Source: Sulfurimonadaceae bacterium
GTDB taxonomy: Bacteria > Campylobacterota > Campylobacteria > Campylobacterales > Sulfurimonadaceae
DNA length: 64,000 nucleotides
Direction: 5' to 3'
Assembly: GCA_041562555.1 (NCBI GenBank)
Contig: JBFEXS010000001.1
Span: 17,916-81,915, forward strand
Below, piece by piece: positions 39,416-49,300 of the stretch. Both the position numbers and the translations under genes were made by a program. How positions within the stretch are numbered: the stretch's first letter is position 1; each line of letters begins with the position of its first letter. The notes below the pieces were generated by a model. It was not told the origin of the DNA. It saw only the letters and a list, made by a program, of their open reading frames with translations, and did no database searches.

Positions 39416-39778
39416 ATGAACTACAAAAAACTCGGGAAATGTCCTGTTTGTGAAGATGGGGAGATAGAAGTCCGTAAGATCGAAGTTGATGGCAAACAAA
39501 TCAAGCTCTATGCATGCTGCAATGCCCGTTGGACCTTTGAGCATGATCTGTGTGAATTGGCTGATGATGCGACTTGTTCTTATCGTATTTTCTCTAATCA
39601 ATTGCTACGTTGGAACAAAAAATCAATTGGTGAAAACGAGATACGAACACTTTTACAAGAGGAACAGGTCAAGGTGCGTTTATACAGTGCACGGGCAAAG
39701 AAAGAGTATTATAAATGGGCTGTGATAGACCCTGAATATGGATTGAGTGTCGTCTGGGACATTACGATTGAAGAGTAA
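39416..39778 (+). CDS. Zn-ribbon protein resembling a stand-alone topoisomerase C-terminal repeat
   Basis: LGKCPVC...YACCN...CSYRIF...SI...EIRTLL...YS...K.Y. Confidence 0.6.
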   Translation: MNYKKLGKCPVCEDGEIEVRKIEVDGKQIKLYACCNARWTFEHDLCELADDATCSYRIFSNQLLRWNKKSIGENEIRTLLQEEQVKVRLYSARAKKEYYKWAVIDPEYGLSVVWDITIEE

Positions 39779-39805
39779 ATAGCATAATGATATATAGAGA
39801 GACAG

Positions 39806-40183
39806 ATGGTTGAAATCCGATGGAACTATGACAATGATGCAAATATGACCGTTGCTGAAAGTGACGACAAAGTCCTAAAGGCATTTTTCAGTATTGATGA
39901 TTGGGAATTTGTCCGTCATTTTTATAGAGCAGTTTTAGAAGAAGCAGATGTGGAATATCAAAACCGGCGTTTGGATTTTGAAAAGAGCTTTGTCTGTCTT
40001 GGCATTGATGATGAGGAGACGATCATTGATAAACAAAGTTGTTTGAGAAGTTTTTCAAGGTTGTTTGATGAGATGATCATGGGAGCCAACGATGATCATC
40101 ATAATATTCGATATGAAGTCTGGTGGCAGGTTTTTACCGAAACAAATTATCAGTTAAAGCAAAAAATGGAATTATGGGGTTAA
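39806..40183 (+). CDS. Hypothetical acidic protein
   Basis: 125-aa ORF in co-directional run, GAGAG upstream. Confidence 0.7.
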   Translation: MVEIRWNYDNDANMTVAESDDKVLKAFFSIDDWEFVRHFYRAVLEEADVEYQNRRLDFEKSFVCLGIDDEETIIDKQSCLRSFSRLFDEMIMGANDDHHNIRYEVWWQVFTETNYQLKQKMELWG

Positions 40184-40192
40184 GGGGTCGTT

Positions 40193-41179
40193 TTGAAAAT
40201 ATATCGGGTTGTCATACTTCTTCTGCTTGTTTTTCCTGCTGTACATGTAATGGCAAAGGAAGAAGAGGCTTTTGAATCATTCTATGAAGGATGGCAAGCA
40301 CAAAGCAATCAGCAATATTCAAAAGCAATGGATTTATATAAAAGTGCTGCGAGCCAAGGCTGTTCTGTTGCAAACTATCATATCGGTAAGTTGTATGAAG
40401 AGGGCTTAGGGGTCAAAAAGGACTCTGAAAAAGCATTTGACTGGTATCAGAAGGTTGCTGATAAGGGATATGCCAAGGCGCAGATGCTGTTGGCCAAGAT
40501 GTATGCTTCGGGTGTCGGTGTCAAACAAGATTATCATAAGGCCCATAGCTGGTATCTCAAGGCAGCTGAACAAAATGAGCGTGACGCACAGATGGCATTG
40601 GCCAGGATGTATGAAAAAGCCCTGGGGGTAAAACAGAACCTGTTTAAAGCTGCTTACTACTATAAACAGGCGATGAAACAGGGGTCATTGGAAGCACAGA
40701 CAGACTTGTCATTGTTGTATATCAATGAAGAACAAATGAGACGTTTTTATGAGGATGGTAAGCTTTTATTGCAGGAATCGGCACGCAAGGGTGAGGAGAA
40801 AGCACAATATTACCTCGCCCAATGCTACCTTCATGGTAGGGATTTTGACAAAAGTACCGCAGATGCTGTTCGCTGGCTTGAAAAAGCAGCTGAACAGGGA
40901 AAGGTAGAAGCTCAGTATGAGTTGGGGGGCATGTATTTGCATGCTGTCGGTGTAGAGGAGAACCTTGGCAAGGCTTTGGGGTATCTTAACAAGGCGGCTT
41001 CAGCAGGATATGCCAGTGCACAGTATGATCTTGGTCTGATGTATTATGAGGGAATCGGCGTTATACAGGATAAGACAAAGACGTTTGAATATTGGTCGAG
41101 TGCAAGCCTGTTGGGGGATAAGGATGCAGCACACAATTTAAAAATCCTATGTGCAGACAACCCAAAGTATTGCAAATAA
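40193..41179 (+). CDS. Secreted Sel1-like repeat protein
   Basis: Signal peptide; repeated A...LG.MY..G.GV..D..KA..WY.KAA.QG units. Confidence 0.92.
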   Translation: MKIYRVVILLLLVFPAVHVMAKEEEAFESFYEGWQAQSNQQYSKAMDLYKSAASQGCSVANYHIGKLYEEGLGVKKDSEKAFDWYQKVADKGYAKAQMLLAKMYASGVGVKQDYHKAHSWYLKAAEQNERDAQMALARMYEKALGVKQNLFKAAYYYKQAMKQGSLEAQTDLSLLYINEEQMRRFYEDGKLLLQESARKGEEKAQYYLAQCYLHGRDFDKSTADAVRWLEKAAEQGKVEAQYELGGMYLHAVGVEENLGKALGYLNKAASAGYASAQYDLGLMYYEGIGVIQDKTKTFEYWSSASLLGDKDAAHNLKILCADNPKYCK

Positions 41180-41248
41180 TTTTTTATCATCAAATTTAAC
41201 CATCATCTAAAGTCTAAACCGATACTATCAAAATAAAAAAGACGACAG

Positions 41249-42943
41249 ATGAAAAAGACCTTCCTTCTATTGATTCCATTGATTTTTATTGCATGTAAAG
41301 ATGCGCCTCAGCCAACACCAAACCTAGAAAGTGAGTTCAAGCCTTATGCGAAGGTTGAGAGTTCGTGTATCCGTTTTTTGAATGATGAGACGCAGACGGT
41401 AGAGGGTGATCCTTTGTTCGAAAAAGAGCAGCAGGAGTGTCGTGAATTTATTGAAGTCCTGAACAGTGCTGACCGTGCGACGAAACATATGAATAAAAAT
41501 AAGAACAATGCTGCTTTTTATGTTGCAAAGGATGATTGCAAGTTTGAAAAAAACCGTTTGAAGATCAAGCATAAACATTTGAACCTGGTATTTAAAGACA
41601 AAGCTTTGGATGCAATAGAAGCGGATGACCTAGAAACATTCACTAAGATCATCAATTTCTCCTATCATCCGATGAACCTCGCATACTACCGATACATGCA
41701 AAAACATATTGACCGGTTCAAAGAGCATGCAAAGATGCTTCATTTTGAAAAGAAGTTCTCTGACCAGCAGTATCGTTTAGGGTATAAACTGGTGAACAAG
41801 GGCAAGTATACCCAGGGGCTGAATGCTTTGAAACTGGCTGCAGACATGAAACATACCAAGGCTGCGATGCTGTGCGGAAAGACCTATGATTTTCTCTACC
41901 CGTCAAAGGCAATTGAATGTTATGAAAAAGCAATTGAGAACGGAGAGAATAGGGCCTTGTATTACATTGCCAAGGGATATGAAGAGAACGATGAGCTGAA
42001 TGAGGCGAAGGCGTGGTATCTTAAATCAGCGAAATCGGGTAATTTTATTGCGCAGTACAAAGTGTATGAACTTGAGAAGAATGATGATCCTACACAAGTG
42101 TGGCTTAAGAAATCGGCTGAAAGCGGTTATGACAAGGCACAATATGTATATGGCAGCTATCTGATGGAGAATGGACAGGCAGATAAAGCTATAAAGTATC
42201 TCTTGCTTGCCTCCGATCAAGGGTTTGATGACGCCAATTTCCCCCTTGGAAAACTATATTTCTTGAAGAAGAAATATAAAAAGGCATACCATTATCTCAG
42301 CCGTGGCGATATCAACCTTGAAAGTGCTTACATCCTTGGGAAGCTTAGTGAAGAAGGTAAGGGTACGGCAAAAAACCTGTATATGGCCTCAAACTATTAT
42401 CAAAAAGCAAAAGAGTTTGGCAAGAGAGGTGTTCAAAATGATCTTAACCGTGTATACAGGGCTAAGAAAAAATTACGTTCACAGAACATTCGTCAACAGC
42501 AGTCCAAGGCAAAAGCGAAGGAGGCTTTGCTTCTTGCGGATCGACAGAAACGTCATGAGGCTATGAAAGAAGACCGGCGTATTCGTGCTGAAATGAAAGC
42601 CCGAAGACAGCAAGGGATACGTCTGAAAGCTCAGGCCTGTGGCGAAGAGGTGAGTGATGCGGCTTTGAGAAGCGCAGGAAGCCGGATACATATTGAAGGA
42701 AGAGTCATTCATTGGTTGGGAAGAAAAGCTTTTATCGTTGTGAGTAATACGCAGGAGTTTTATATCAATGATGAAGAGGATGAGGCAAGGGTGAACAAAG
42801 GGGATACTGTCAATATTGTAGCCGTATCGACTGGACAAAGAGAGATCACACAGGGAATGCGTCAGAATCTTTTTGAGATGCCGGATGAACGTACGATTAA
42901 AAAGGCCTATGCCTTGAATTACGAGGGTGTGTGCCCTTATTAG
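41249..42943 (+). CDS. Sel1-repeat lipoprotein with coiled coil and C-terminal beta domain
   Basis: Lipobox IFIAC, WYLKSAKSG/WLKKSAESG repeats, K/R/Q-rich helix. Confidence 0.82.
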   Translation: MKKTFLLLIPLIFIACKDAPQPTPNLESEFKPYAKVESSCIRFLNDETQTVEGDPLFEKEQQECREFIEVLNSADRATKHMNKNKNNAAFYVAKDDCKFEKNRLKIKHKHLNLVFKDKALDAIEADDLETFTKIINFSYHPMNLAYYRYMQKHIDRFKEHAKMLHFEKKFSDQQYRLGYKLVNKGKYTQGLNALKLAADMKHTKAAMLCGKTYDFLYPSKAIECYEKAIENGENRALYYIAKGYEENDELNEAKAWYLKSAKSGNFIAQYKVYELEKNDDPTQVWLKKSAESGYDKAQYVYGSYLMENGQADKAIKYLLLASDQGFDDANFPLGKLYFLKKKYKKAYHYLSRGDINLESAYILGKLSEEGKGTAKNLYMASNYYQKAKEFGKRGVQNDLNRVYRAKKKLRSQNIRQQQSKAKAKEALLLADRQKRHEAMKEDRRIRAEMKARRQQGIRLKAQACGEEVSDAALRSAGSRIHIEGRVIHWLGRKAFIVVSNTQEFYINDEEDEARVNKGDTVNIVAVSTGQREITQGMRQNLFEMPDERTIKKAYALNYEGVCPY

Positions 42944-43530
42944 ATCCTCTGTGTAAGTTTCAGGGCTTTTTCGTATTCCTGAGGCGTGTTCAGGTTTAAG
43001 AGCGCCTCTTCATCTGCGATATCCACATACAAGACCTTTGCATCTTTAAGCAGGTTAGTGAGTTTGTGGTTTCCCTGTTCAATCCTTTGTACGATCGCCG
43101 CTTCAAGTCTACGCGTATAAACCCCGCATAGGGGATGGATACCTGAAGGTGTACGCACGATGAAGGCATCATGTTCTTCATCAAATGCATCCATGACGCT
43201 TTGAATGATGGTCTGGTTGACAAAGGGTGTGTCAACGCTTAAAACAAAGACAGCATCTTGCTGAAGTTGTGAAAAGATATTCAAAAAACCTGTAGTAGGG
43301 GCTGAAATTTCCGTATAAAGTTCGTCCTTGATAATAGGAAGATCTAAGGGTTTGAACTTATGATCATCCTTTGCGGATATATAGACATCTTTGAAGAGAG
43401 TTTGTAAACGAGCCGTTTGATACTCAGCCAGGCTCTTCTTGTCTCCAAAAGGCAGGAGGGCTTTGTCCTGTCCCATTCGCGAGCTTTTCCCACCTGCAAA
43501 AAGTACGCAAGGGATATTGAAAAGTGCCAT
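42940..43530 (-). CDS. mobA: Molybdenum cofactor guanylyltransferase
   Basis: LFAGGKSSRMGQDKA, VDTPF, HPLCGVY, NLNTP; start set to MALFNI (AAGGGAAG RBS). Confidence 0.93.
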   Translation of the reverse strand: MALFNIPCVLFAGGKSSRMGQDKALLPFGDKKSLAEYQTARLQTLFKDVYISAKDDHKFKPLDLPIIKDELYTEISAPTTGFLNIFSQLQQDAVFVLSVDTPFVNQTIIQSVMDAFDEEHDAFIVRTPSGIHPLCGVYTRRLEAAIVQRIEQGNHKLTNLLKDAKVLYVDIADEEALLNLNTPQEYEKALKLTQRI

Positions 43531-43645
43531 ATCTTCCCTTTTTTCAGTAGAGAAATCCATTGAATGATGGATACTCCTGCTTCTTTTAGTAGAAGTATAT
43601 CTAAGTCTGCTATAATTGACCAGATATAGTGTTAAAGGGTAAAAA

Positions 43646-44188
43646 ATGATAAAAAAACTGCTGTTGATCGCATTAGTCTTCACTTCTACTCTCCTCGAGG
43701 CAAGAATCAATGACATTTTTAAAGAAGAAAAGGCTGAGAACTTACGTTACAACCAAACGATACGTGCTTTCATGGAAGACAACGAGGAGATTACAAATCT
43801 CGTCTATAATGCATATGCCTATGTTGTTTTTCCAAGTATAGGTAAGGGTGGACTTCTTTTTGGTTATGCCTATGGGGAAGGGCGTGCCTATTATCGCGGT
43901 GGAATGTGGACGGGAAATGTCGCAGTGACACAATATACCGTAGGTTTACAGGTAGGTGGACAAGCCTATAGTGAAATCATCTTTTTCAAGACCCGTGATG
44001 CTTTTGAAGCGTTCAAAGCGGGCGGACTTGAAGATAGTACGCAAAGCTCTTTTGTCCCTTTCTATTCCGGAATATCCGGTGATGTAAACTTCGCAGACGA
44101 TGTTATCGTATATACCTCAAGTACCGGTGGCTTTATGATCGAAGCAAGTACAGGCGCACAAGAGTTCGAATACATCAACAGAAGATAA
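43646..44188 (+). CDS. Exported YSC84/SYLF lipid-binding domain protein
   Basis: AYVVFPSIGKGG...YGEG, GLQVGGQ, GFMIEAS. Confidence 0.85.
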   Translation: MIKKLLLIALVFTSTLLEARINDIFKEEKAENLRYNQTIRAFMEDNEEITNLVYNAYAYVVFPSIGKGGLLFGYAYGEGRAYYRGGMWTGNVAVTQYTVGLQVGGQAYSEIIFFKTRDAFEAFKAGGLEDSTQSSFVPFYSGISGDVNFADDVIVYTSSTGGFMIEASTGAQEFEYINRR

Positions 44189-44263
44189 ACGACTGCTCCA
44201 TTTCAATATATATGAATTGTTGCATGCTATAATACTAAAAAATATGAACGGAAAACAGGACTA

Positions 44264-46054
44264 TTGATACAAAAGTATGAGACACTCAAAACTGTTTTCG
44301 GACATGAATCTTTTCGTTCTTTTCAAGAAGAAGCCGTAGACAGTATTCTTCACCAAAAAGACCTTTTGATGATTCTGCCTACCGGAGGCGGGAAATCCTT
44401 ATGCTATCAGCTGCCTTCTATCATGATGCCAGGGGTCACGGTTGTTGTTTCTCCTTTATTGGCATTGATGCATGATCAGGTTATGGCATTAAAGGAGAAT
44501 GGGATCAAAGCGGAGATGATCTCATCCATGCAAAGTATGGAAGAGTTGGACCTGATACGGTATTCGCTTTTACAGGGTGAATTAAAACTTCTCTATGTCG
44601 CCCCTGAACGGTTTGCCTCTTTACACTTCTTACGTCTTCTTAAACAGGTGTCGATCAATTTTTTTGTTATTGATGAAGCCCACTGTGTGAGCGAATGGGG
44701 TCATGAGTTTAGAGAAGACTATCGAAAACTGCATCTTTTGCGTGAGCATTTTCCCAGGGTTAAGATCGCAGCTTTTACAGCAACAGCAACGCCTAAGGTA
44801 CAAGCTGACATATCCATGGCATTAAGGCTAGAATCACCGGTGCAGATCAGAGGAAAGATCTTTAGAGAAAATCTGCATATCAGTGTTGAACCACGACATA
44901 AAGACGGGAAGACTCAACTCTTGGACTTTTTATCGAACTTTGATGAAGAGAGCGGGATCATATATGCTTTTTCACGTAAACAGACCGAGTCTTTAGCACA
45001 ATACCTTCAGCAAAAAGGCATCAAAGCAAAGGCTTTTCACGCAGGTTTGTCAAACGAGTTGAAGGAAGAGACCTTTAAAAGCTTTGTACATGATGAAATA
45101 CAGGTCGTTGTAGCGACCATTGCATTTGGAATGGGCATCGATAAAAGCAATATTCGTTTTGTCGTACATATGAGTCTACCCAAAACACTGGAAAATTACT
45201 ATCAGGAAATAGGGCGTGCTGGACGTGATGGGTTGGATGCAGAGGTCCTACTTCTATACAATGGTTCGGATATGATGATGCAGCGTGAGTTTATCGAACA
45301 ACTTGAAGAGTCTGCGTATAAGCAGAATGCATTTAATAAACTGGAGCAGATCAGCCGGTATGCAAGTGCCGAAAATTGTCGTCATCAATATATTGCGAAC
45401 TATTTTGAAGATGAGTTGGATATATGCGAACACAGGTGTGACAACTGTACGGCCGAACCTAGTGAAAAGCTTGATATCAGCATACCCGCACAGAAATTTT
45501 TGTCCTGCGTCTATCGTACGGGACAACGTTTCGGACACGCTTACGTGATTGATGTGCTTCGGGGAAGTAGATCGGAGAAGGTCTTGGACAATGGACATGA
45601 ATCACTCTCTGTATACGGCATCGGCAAGGAAGAATCAAAGGTGTATTGGGAACGTATTATGGAGCGTTTAATGGAAGTGGGTGCACTCAGACGCGGAGAG
45701 TTTAGGGCCTTGGTACTTGACAAAACAGGCATGCGGATATTAAAAAACGAGTTGTCCATTGAGATGAAGGCCAAACGGCTGCATGTGAAAGAGAAAAAGA
45801 TACATGCCCTTCATATACACGACACAGATTTAAATACCTACGCCTTTGATCATTTACGGGCATTGCGTGCACAGATCGCTAAAGAAGCGAGAAAACCGGC
45901 GTATATCATTTTCGGGGATAAGACACTTAAGGAGATGGCAAACACACTTCCTGTCAATAAAGAAGAGATGTTGAACATAAATGGCGTCGGAGAAACAAAA
46001 TTTAAAAAATACGGTGAACAGTTTTTGGTCGAATGTCAACGTCTTAGAACTTGA
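44264..46054 (+). CDS. recQ: ATP-dependent DNA helicase RecQ
   Basis: PTGGGKS, DEAH, QEIGRAGRDG, Zn cysteines, RQC and HRDC domains. Confidence 0.97.
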   Translation: MIQKYETLKTVFGHESFRSFQEEAVDSILHQKDLLMILPTGGGKSLCYQLPSIMMPGVTVVVSPLLALMHDQVMALKENGIKAEMISSMQSMEELDLIRYSLLQGELKLLYVAPERFASLHFLRLLKQVSINFFVIDEAHCVSEWGHEFREDYRKLHLLREHFPRVKIAAFTATATPKVQADISMALRLESPVQIRGKIFRENLHISVEPRHKDGKTQLLDFLSNFDEESGIIYAFSRKQTESLAQYLQQKGIKAKAFHAGLSNELKEETFKSFVHDEIQVVVATIAFGMGIDKSNIRFVVHMSLPKTLENYYQEIGRAGRDGLDAEVLLLYNGSDMMMQREFIEQLEESAYKQNAFNKLEQISRYASAENCRHQYIANYFEDELDICEHRCDNCTAEPSEKLDISIPAQKFLSCVYRTGQRFGHAYVIDVLRGSRSEKVLDNGHESLSVYGIGKEESKVYWERIMERLMEVGALRRGEFRALVLDKTGMRILKNELSIEMKAKRLHVKEKKIHALHIHDTDLNTYAFDHLRALRAQIAKEARKPAYIIFGDKTLKEMANTLPVNKEEMLNINGVGETKFKKYGEQFLVECQRLRT

Positions 46055-46117
46055 CCGCTGGTGTCAAAGAGAGTATGATACTATAAAGTAAGTCAATGAT
46101 TTTTATTAGGAAAAAAA

Positions 46118-47296
46118 ATGGGTAATGGAAAAAAAGTATTAGTTCTTGGGGGAGGGTTTGCCGGAGTAGATACTGCAATTCATCTGTGTAAAGAAAAGTA
46201 TGATGTCACATTGGTGAGTGACAGGGATTACTTTTATATCTATCCGACCTCGATTTGGGTTCCGACGGGCAGGGCAAGTTTTGAGGATGTCTGTATTGAT
46301 CTTAAAGACCTTCAAAAATCCCACGGTTTTGATGTGATCGTTGACGGTGTAGTCAAGATCGAAGCGCATGCCAAAAAAATCACACTCGTAAGCGGCAGGG
46401 TGATTCAAGGGTATGATAAGCTCGTGATCGCTATGGGGTCTGGGAAGATGAAGCCTAAGGGAGTGGAACATACCCTTTCCATCTGCGGGGCACCTGAGAT
46501 GTCCGTAGAGATAAAAGAACGTCTGGATGCCTTGATCGCAAAGGGATCGGGAAAGATTGCTTTCGGTTTTGGAGGAAATCCAAAAGACACATCTGCAGTG
46601 CGTGGTGGTCCGGGATTTGAACTGCTGTTTAATGTAGAGAACATGCTACGTAAAAAAGGTGTTCGTGAGGGATTTGAGTTAAGTATGTTCGCTCCGATGC
46701 CACGTCCGGGAGCTCGATTGGGTGAAAAGTCTCTGCGTATGCTCGATAAGATGTTTACCAGAGCAAAAATCCATAAATACTTTGGCAAAAAGATCAAGGG
46801 GTTTGAAACAGACAGGGTGATCTTTGAAGATGATTCCAGTCTTGAAGCAGATTTTATTATGTTTATTCCTGCAGGTGACGGGCATGAGGTGATTAAAGCT
46901 TCAGATCTTCCGCTCAATGCAGCCGGTTTTGTGAAGATCAATAATCATTGTGAAGTCGAGGGCCTTGAAGATGTGTATGCCATAGGGGATTCAGCGGCAC
47001 TAGAGGGACCGGAATGGAGAGCAAAACAGGGACATATGGCAGAAATAATGGCAAAACACACAGCGTTTAATATCGTCTCCAGTGATAAAAATTCGAGTTT
47101 ACGTAAAGGGTATCAGGAGCATATCAGTATTATTTGTGTCATGGACAGCGGTGACGGGGCAGGATTTGCCTTCCGAGATGATAAAAAATCCTATCTGCTG
47201 CCAATGCCAATTGTGGGACATTGGCTTAAACGGGGATGGGGGCAGTATTGCAAGCTTTCAAAATTAGGAAGAATTCCTCGTATTCCGGGGATGTAA
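46118..47296 (+). CDS. sqr: Sulfide:quinone oxidoreductase-like flavoprotein (short, type III-like)
   Basis: GGGFAG, SICG, YAIGD, AKQGH, ICVMDSG, C-terminal amphipathic helix. Confidence 0.75.
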   Translation: MGNGKKVLVLGGGFAGVDTAIHLCKEKYDVTLVSDRDYFYIYPTSIWVPTGRASFEDVCIDLKDLQKSHGFDVIVDGVVKIEAHAKKITLVSGRVIQGYDKLVIAMGSGKMKPKGVEHTLSICGAPEMSVEIKERLDALIAKGSGKIAFGFGGNPKDTSAVRGGPGFELLFNVENMLRKKGVREGFELSMFAPMPRPGARLGEKSLRMLDKMFTRAKIHKYFGKKIKGFETDRVIFEDDSSLEADFIMFIPAGDGHEVIKASDLPLNAAGFVKINNHCEVEGLEDVYAIGDSAALEGPEWRAKQGHMAEIMAKHTAFNIVSSDKNSSLRKGYQEHISIICVMDSGDGAGFAFRDDKKSYLLPMPIVGHWLKRGWGQYCKLSKLGRIPRIPGM

Positions 47297-47335
47297 TCTG
47301 ATATAATCCATTCACAAAAAATACGAGGAGCAATT

Positions 47336-47611
47336 ATGACAAAGGCAGAAGAACTCATCAAGATCCTAAACGAGCAGATCATACCGGAGATTGATAATAT
47401 TATTGATGAGATGTGTGAAGAAATTGCAGACAATAAAAATGCGACCGATGAAGACAAGGCTGAGTTTAAAGAGGCTCAAGCGATGAAACGCGAGTTCAAA
47501 GAGATGGCTTTTGAAGCAGAGACGGGAGAGATGGATGAAGAGGAATGTGCGGAAAACATTGCAGAATGTAAAGAGATCTTAAAGGAGATCAGCGCCCTTG
47601 GAGATGAATAG
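47336..47611 (+). CDS. Small highly acidic helical hypothetical protein
   Basis: AGGAG RBS, tgaTATAAT upstream, E/D-rich. Confidence 0.75.
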   Translation: MTKAEELIKILNEQIIPEIDNIIDEMCEEIADNKNATDEDKAEFKEAQAMKREFKEMAFEAETGEMDEEECAENIAECKEILKEISALGDE

Positions 47612-48248
47612 TCTTCCACTGCATAATATCTTTTTACCTTCACAAAAGCCTTCGAATAAGCTGATCGTGGTTTTACACGGCAGGGGTGACAGTTCGGAAG
47701 GATTTCGTTTTTTCCCACAGATGATGGGATTTGATGATGTCAACTACCTGCTTTTAGATGCCCCTTTTGAATATTTTACAGGCTTCTCCTGGTATGATTT
47801 GCCTCCTAATCAACTTCCCGGTATTGAATACTCCAAGAACATACTGATGCAAACCTTTGAGTTGTTATTTGAAGGAGAGTTTTCACCTGAGAACACTGTG
47901 CTCTTCGGTTTTTCACAGGGGTCATTATTGACTTTTGAATTTGGTTCGCGCTATGAGCGTACATTGGCAGGTTATATTGCAGTGAGTGGCTATATATATG
48001 ATGCTGATAAGATTTTGACTGAGATGAATGCTCAAAACAATCAAGGTAATTGGTTGTGTACCCATGGATATGAAGATGATGTGTTGCCTTTTGAAGTCTC
48101 TAAAGAACAAGTTCAGCGTTTACAAGAGGGTGGTTTTGATATAGATTTTAGAGCTTATAATAAAGACCACACAGTAGATATGCAGGAGCTTGATGATATT
48201 AAAAAGTGGCTGAAGGAGACTTTTCAAGCATCCAACAGGCTTGGATAA
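47604..48248 (+). CDS. Phospholipase/carboxylesterase (alpha/beta hydrolase)
   Basis: LHGRG, SWY, GFSQG, HGYEDD, DH. Confidence 0.9.
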   Translation: MNSLPLHNIFLPSQKPSNKLIVVLHGRGDSSEGFRFFPQMMGFDDVNYLLLDAPFEYFTGFSWYDLPPNQLPGIEYSKNILMQTFELLFEGEFSPENTVLFGFSQGSLLTFEFGSRYERTLAGYIAVSGYIYDADKILTEMNAQNNQGNWLCTHGYEDDVLPFEVSKEQVQRLQEGGFDIDFRAYNKDHTVDMQELDDIKKWLKETFQASNRLG

Positions 48249-49300
48249 TCTAAATATCCTACAGCATCTTGTGTGTAATATGTGTTTGGATCAGGCTTTT
48301 GCAAAGGGGCATGACTTTTGAAACGCTCAGGTAAATCAGGATTTGCAATAAAGAGTTCTCCAAAGGAAACGGCATCTGCAAGGTTGTTCTCTATTGCATG
48401 GTTGCCTCTGTCTTGTGTATATGCTCCATTGGTGACGAGAACCCCTTTATAGGCATTTCTCAAGACTGCAAGATCAACAACATTTGCGCCATGACGTATG
48501 TCTCCTTCCAGGGCGTCGACAATATGCAAATAGGCCAGGTTGAACGTATTTAACTCTTGAGCGATATAACTAAAGTGCTCTTTGGGATTACTGTCTGTCA
48601 TATCATTGAATGTCCCGCTTGGTGAGAGACGAAGACCAACTTTGTCTGAACCGATCGCACCGCATACACTTTCGAGGACCTCAAAGAGAAAACGTGCTCT
48701 TTTCTGAATATTCCCGCCATAGGAATCCTCGCGAACATTGGTTCCATCACGCAGAAATTGATCGATCAGGTAGCCATTTGCTCCATGCACTTCGACTCCG
48801 TCAAATCCAGCTTCTATAGCGTTTATGGCCGCCTGTTTGTATTGTTGAACCACACCTGATATCTCTTCTTCACTAATGGACCTTGGAGTGACATAGGGTT
48901 TCATCCCTTCAAAGGTATAGACTTCACCGGAAGGTTGGATGGCAGATGGTGCTATTGGTGTTTCACCGTTCAAAAAGTCCGGATGTGAAATTCGACCGAC
49001 ATGCCATAATTGTAAAAAGATATGTCCACCTTTGTTGTGTACAGCTTCCGTAACTTTTTTCCATCCTTCAATCTGATCAGGATTATGTATGCCGGGAGTA
49101 CATGGATATCCAATGCCCATAGCAGAGATCTGTGTTGCTTCACTGATAATCAATCCTGCTGAAGCCCTCTGTGCGTAATACTGTGCCATCAGTTCATTGG
49201 GGCGATTGTCTTGTACTGCTCGGCATCGTGTTAAAGGTGCCATAAAAATGCGATTGTCCAGATTCAACGTACCAACTGAAATAGGGGAGAGCAAATCCAT
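48224..49300 (-). CDS. nemA: Old yellow enzyme family alkene reductase (NemA-like)
   Basis: MAPLTRCR, QLWHVGR, GFDGVEVHGANGYLIDQF, ANPDL. Confidence 0.92.
   Translation of the reverse strand: MDLLSPISVGTLNLDNRIFMAPLTRCRAVQDNRPNELMAQYYAQRASAGLIISEATQISAMGIGYPCTPGIHNPDQIEGWKKVTEAVHNKGGHIFLQLWHVGRISHPDFLNGETPIAPSAIQPSGEVYTFEGMKPYVTPRSISEEEISGVVQQYKQAAINAIEAGFDGVEVHGANGYLIDQFLRDGTNVREDSYGGNIQKRARFLFEVLESVCGAIGSDKVGLRLSPSGTFNDMTDSNPKEHFSYIAQELNTFNLAYLHIVDALEGDIRHGANVVDLAVLRNAYKGVLVTNGAYTQDRGNHAIENNLADAVSFGELFIANPDLPERFKSHAPLQKPDPNTYYTQDAVGYLDYPSLLDA

Noticed and set aside
41197..41225. Sigma28-like CCGATAC before the Sel1 lipoprotein
   Set aside because: No properly spaced -35 TAAA; too weak to call
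42940..43716. N-terminal extensions given by the ORF track (mobA, cysS, rseP, M16 peptidase, FTR, hydrolase 35165)
   Set aside because: The extensions run into neighbouring genes or promoters; family N-termini and RBS or stop overlaps support the shorter starts
48224..48248. 25-nt convergent overlap of the esterase and nemA-like genes as antisense regulation
   Set aside because: Short 3' overlaps are common in this compact window (also 1719-1722 and 42940-42943)
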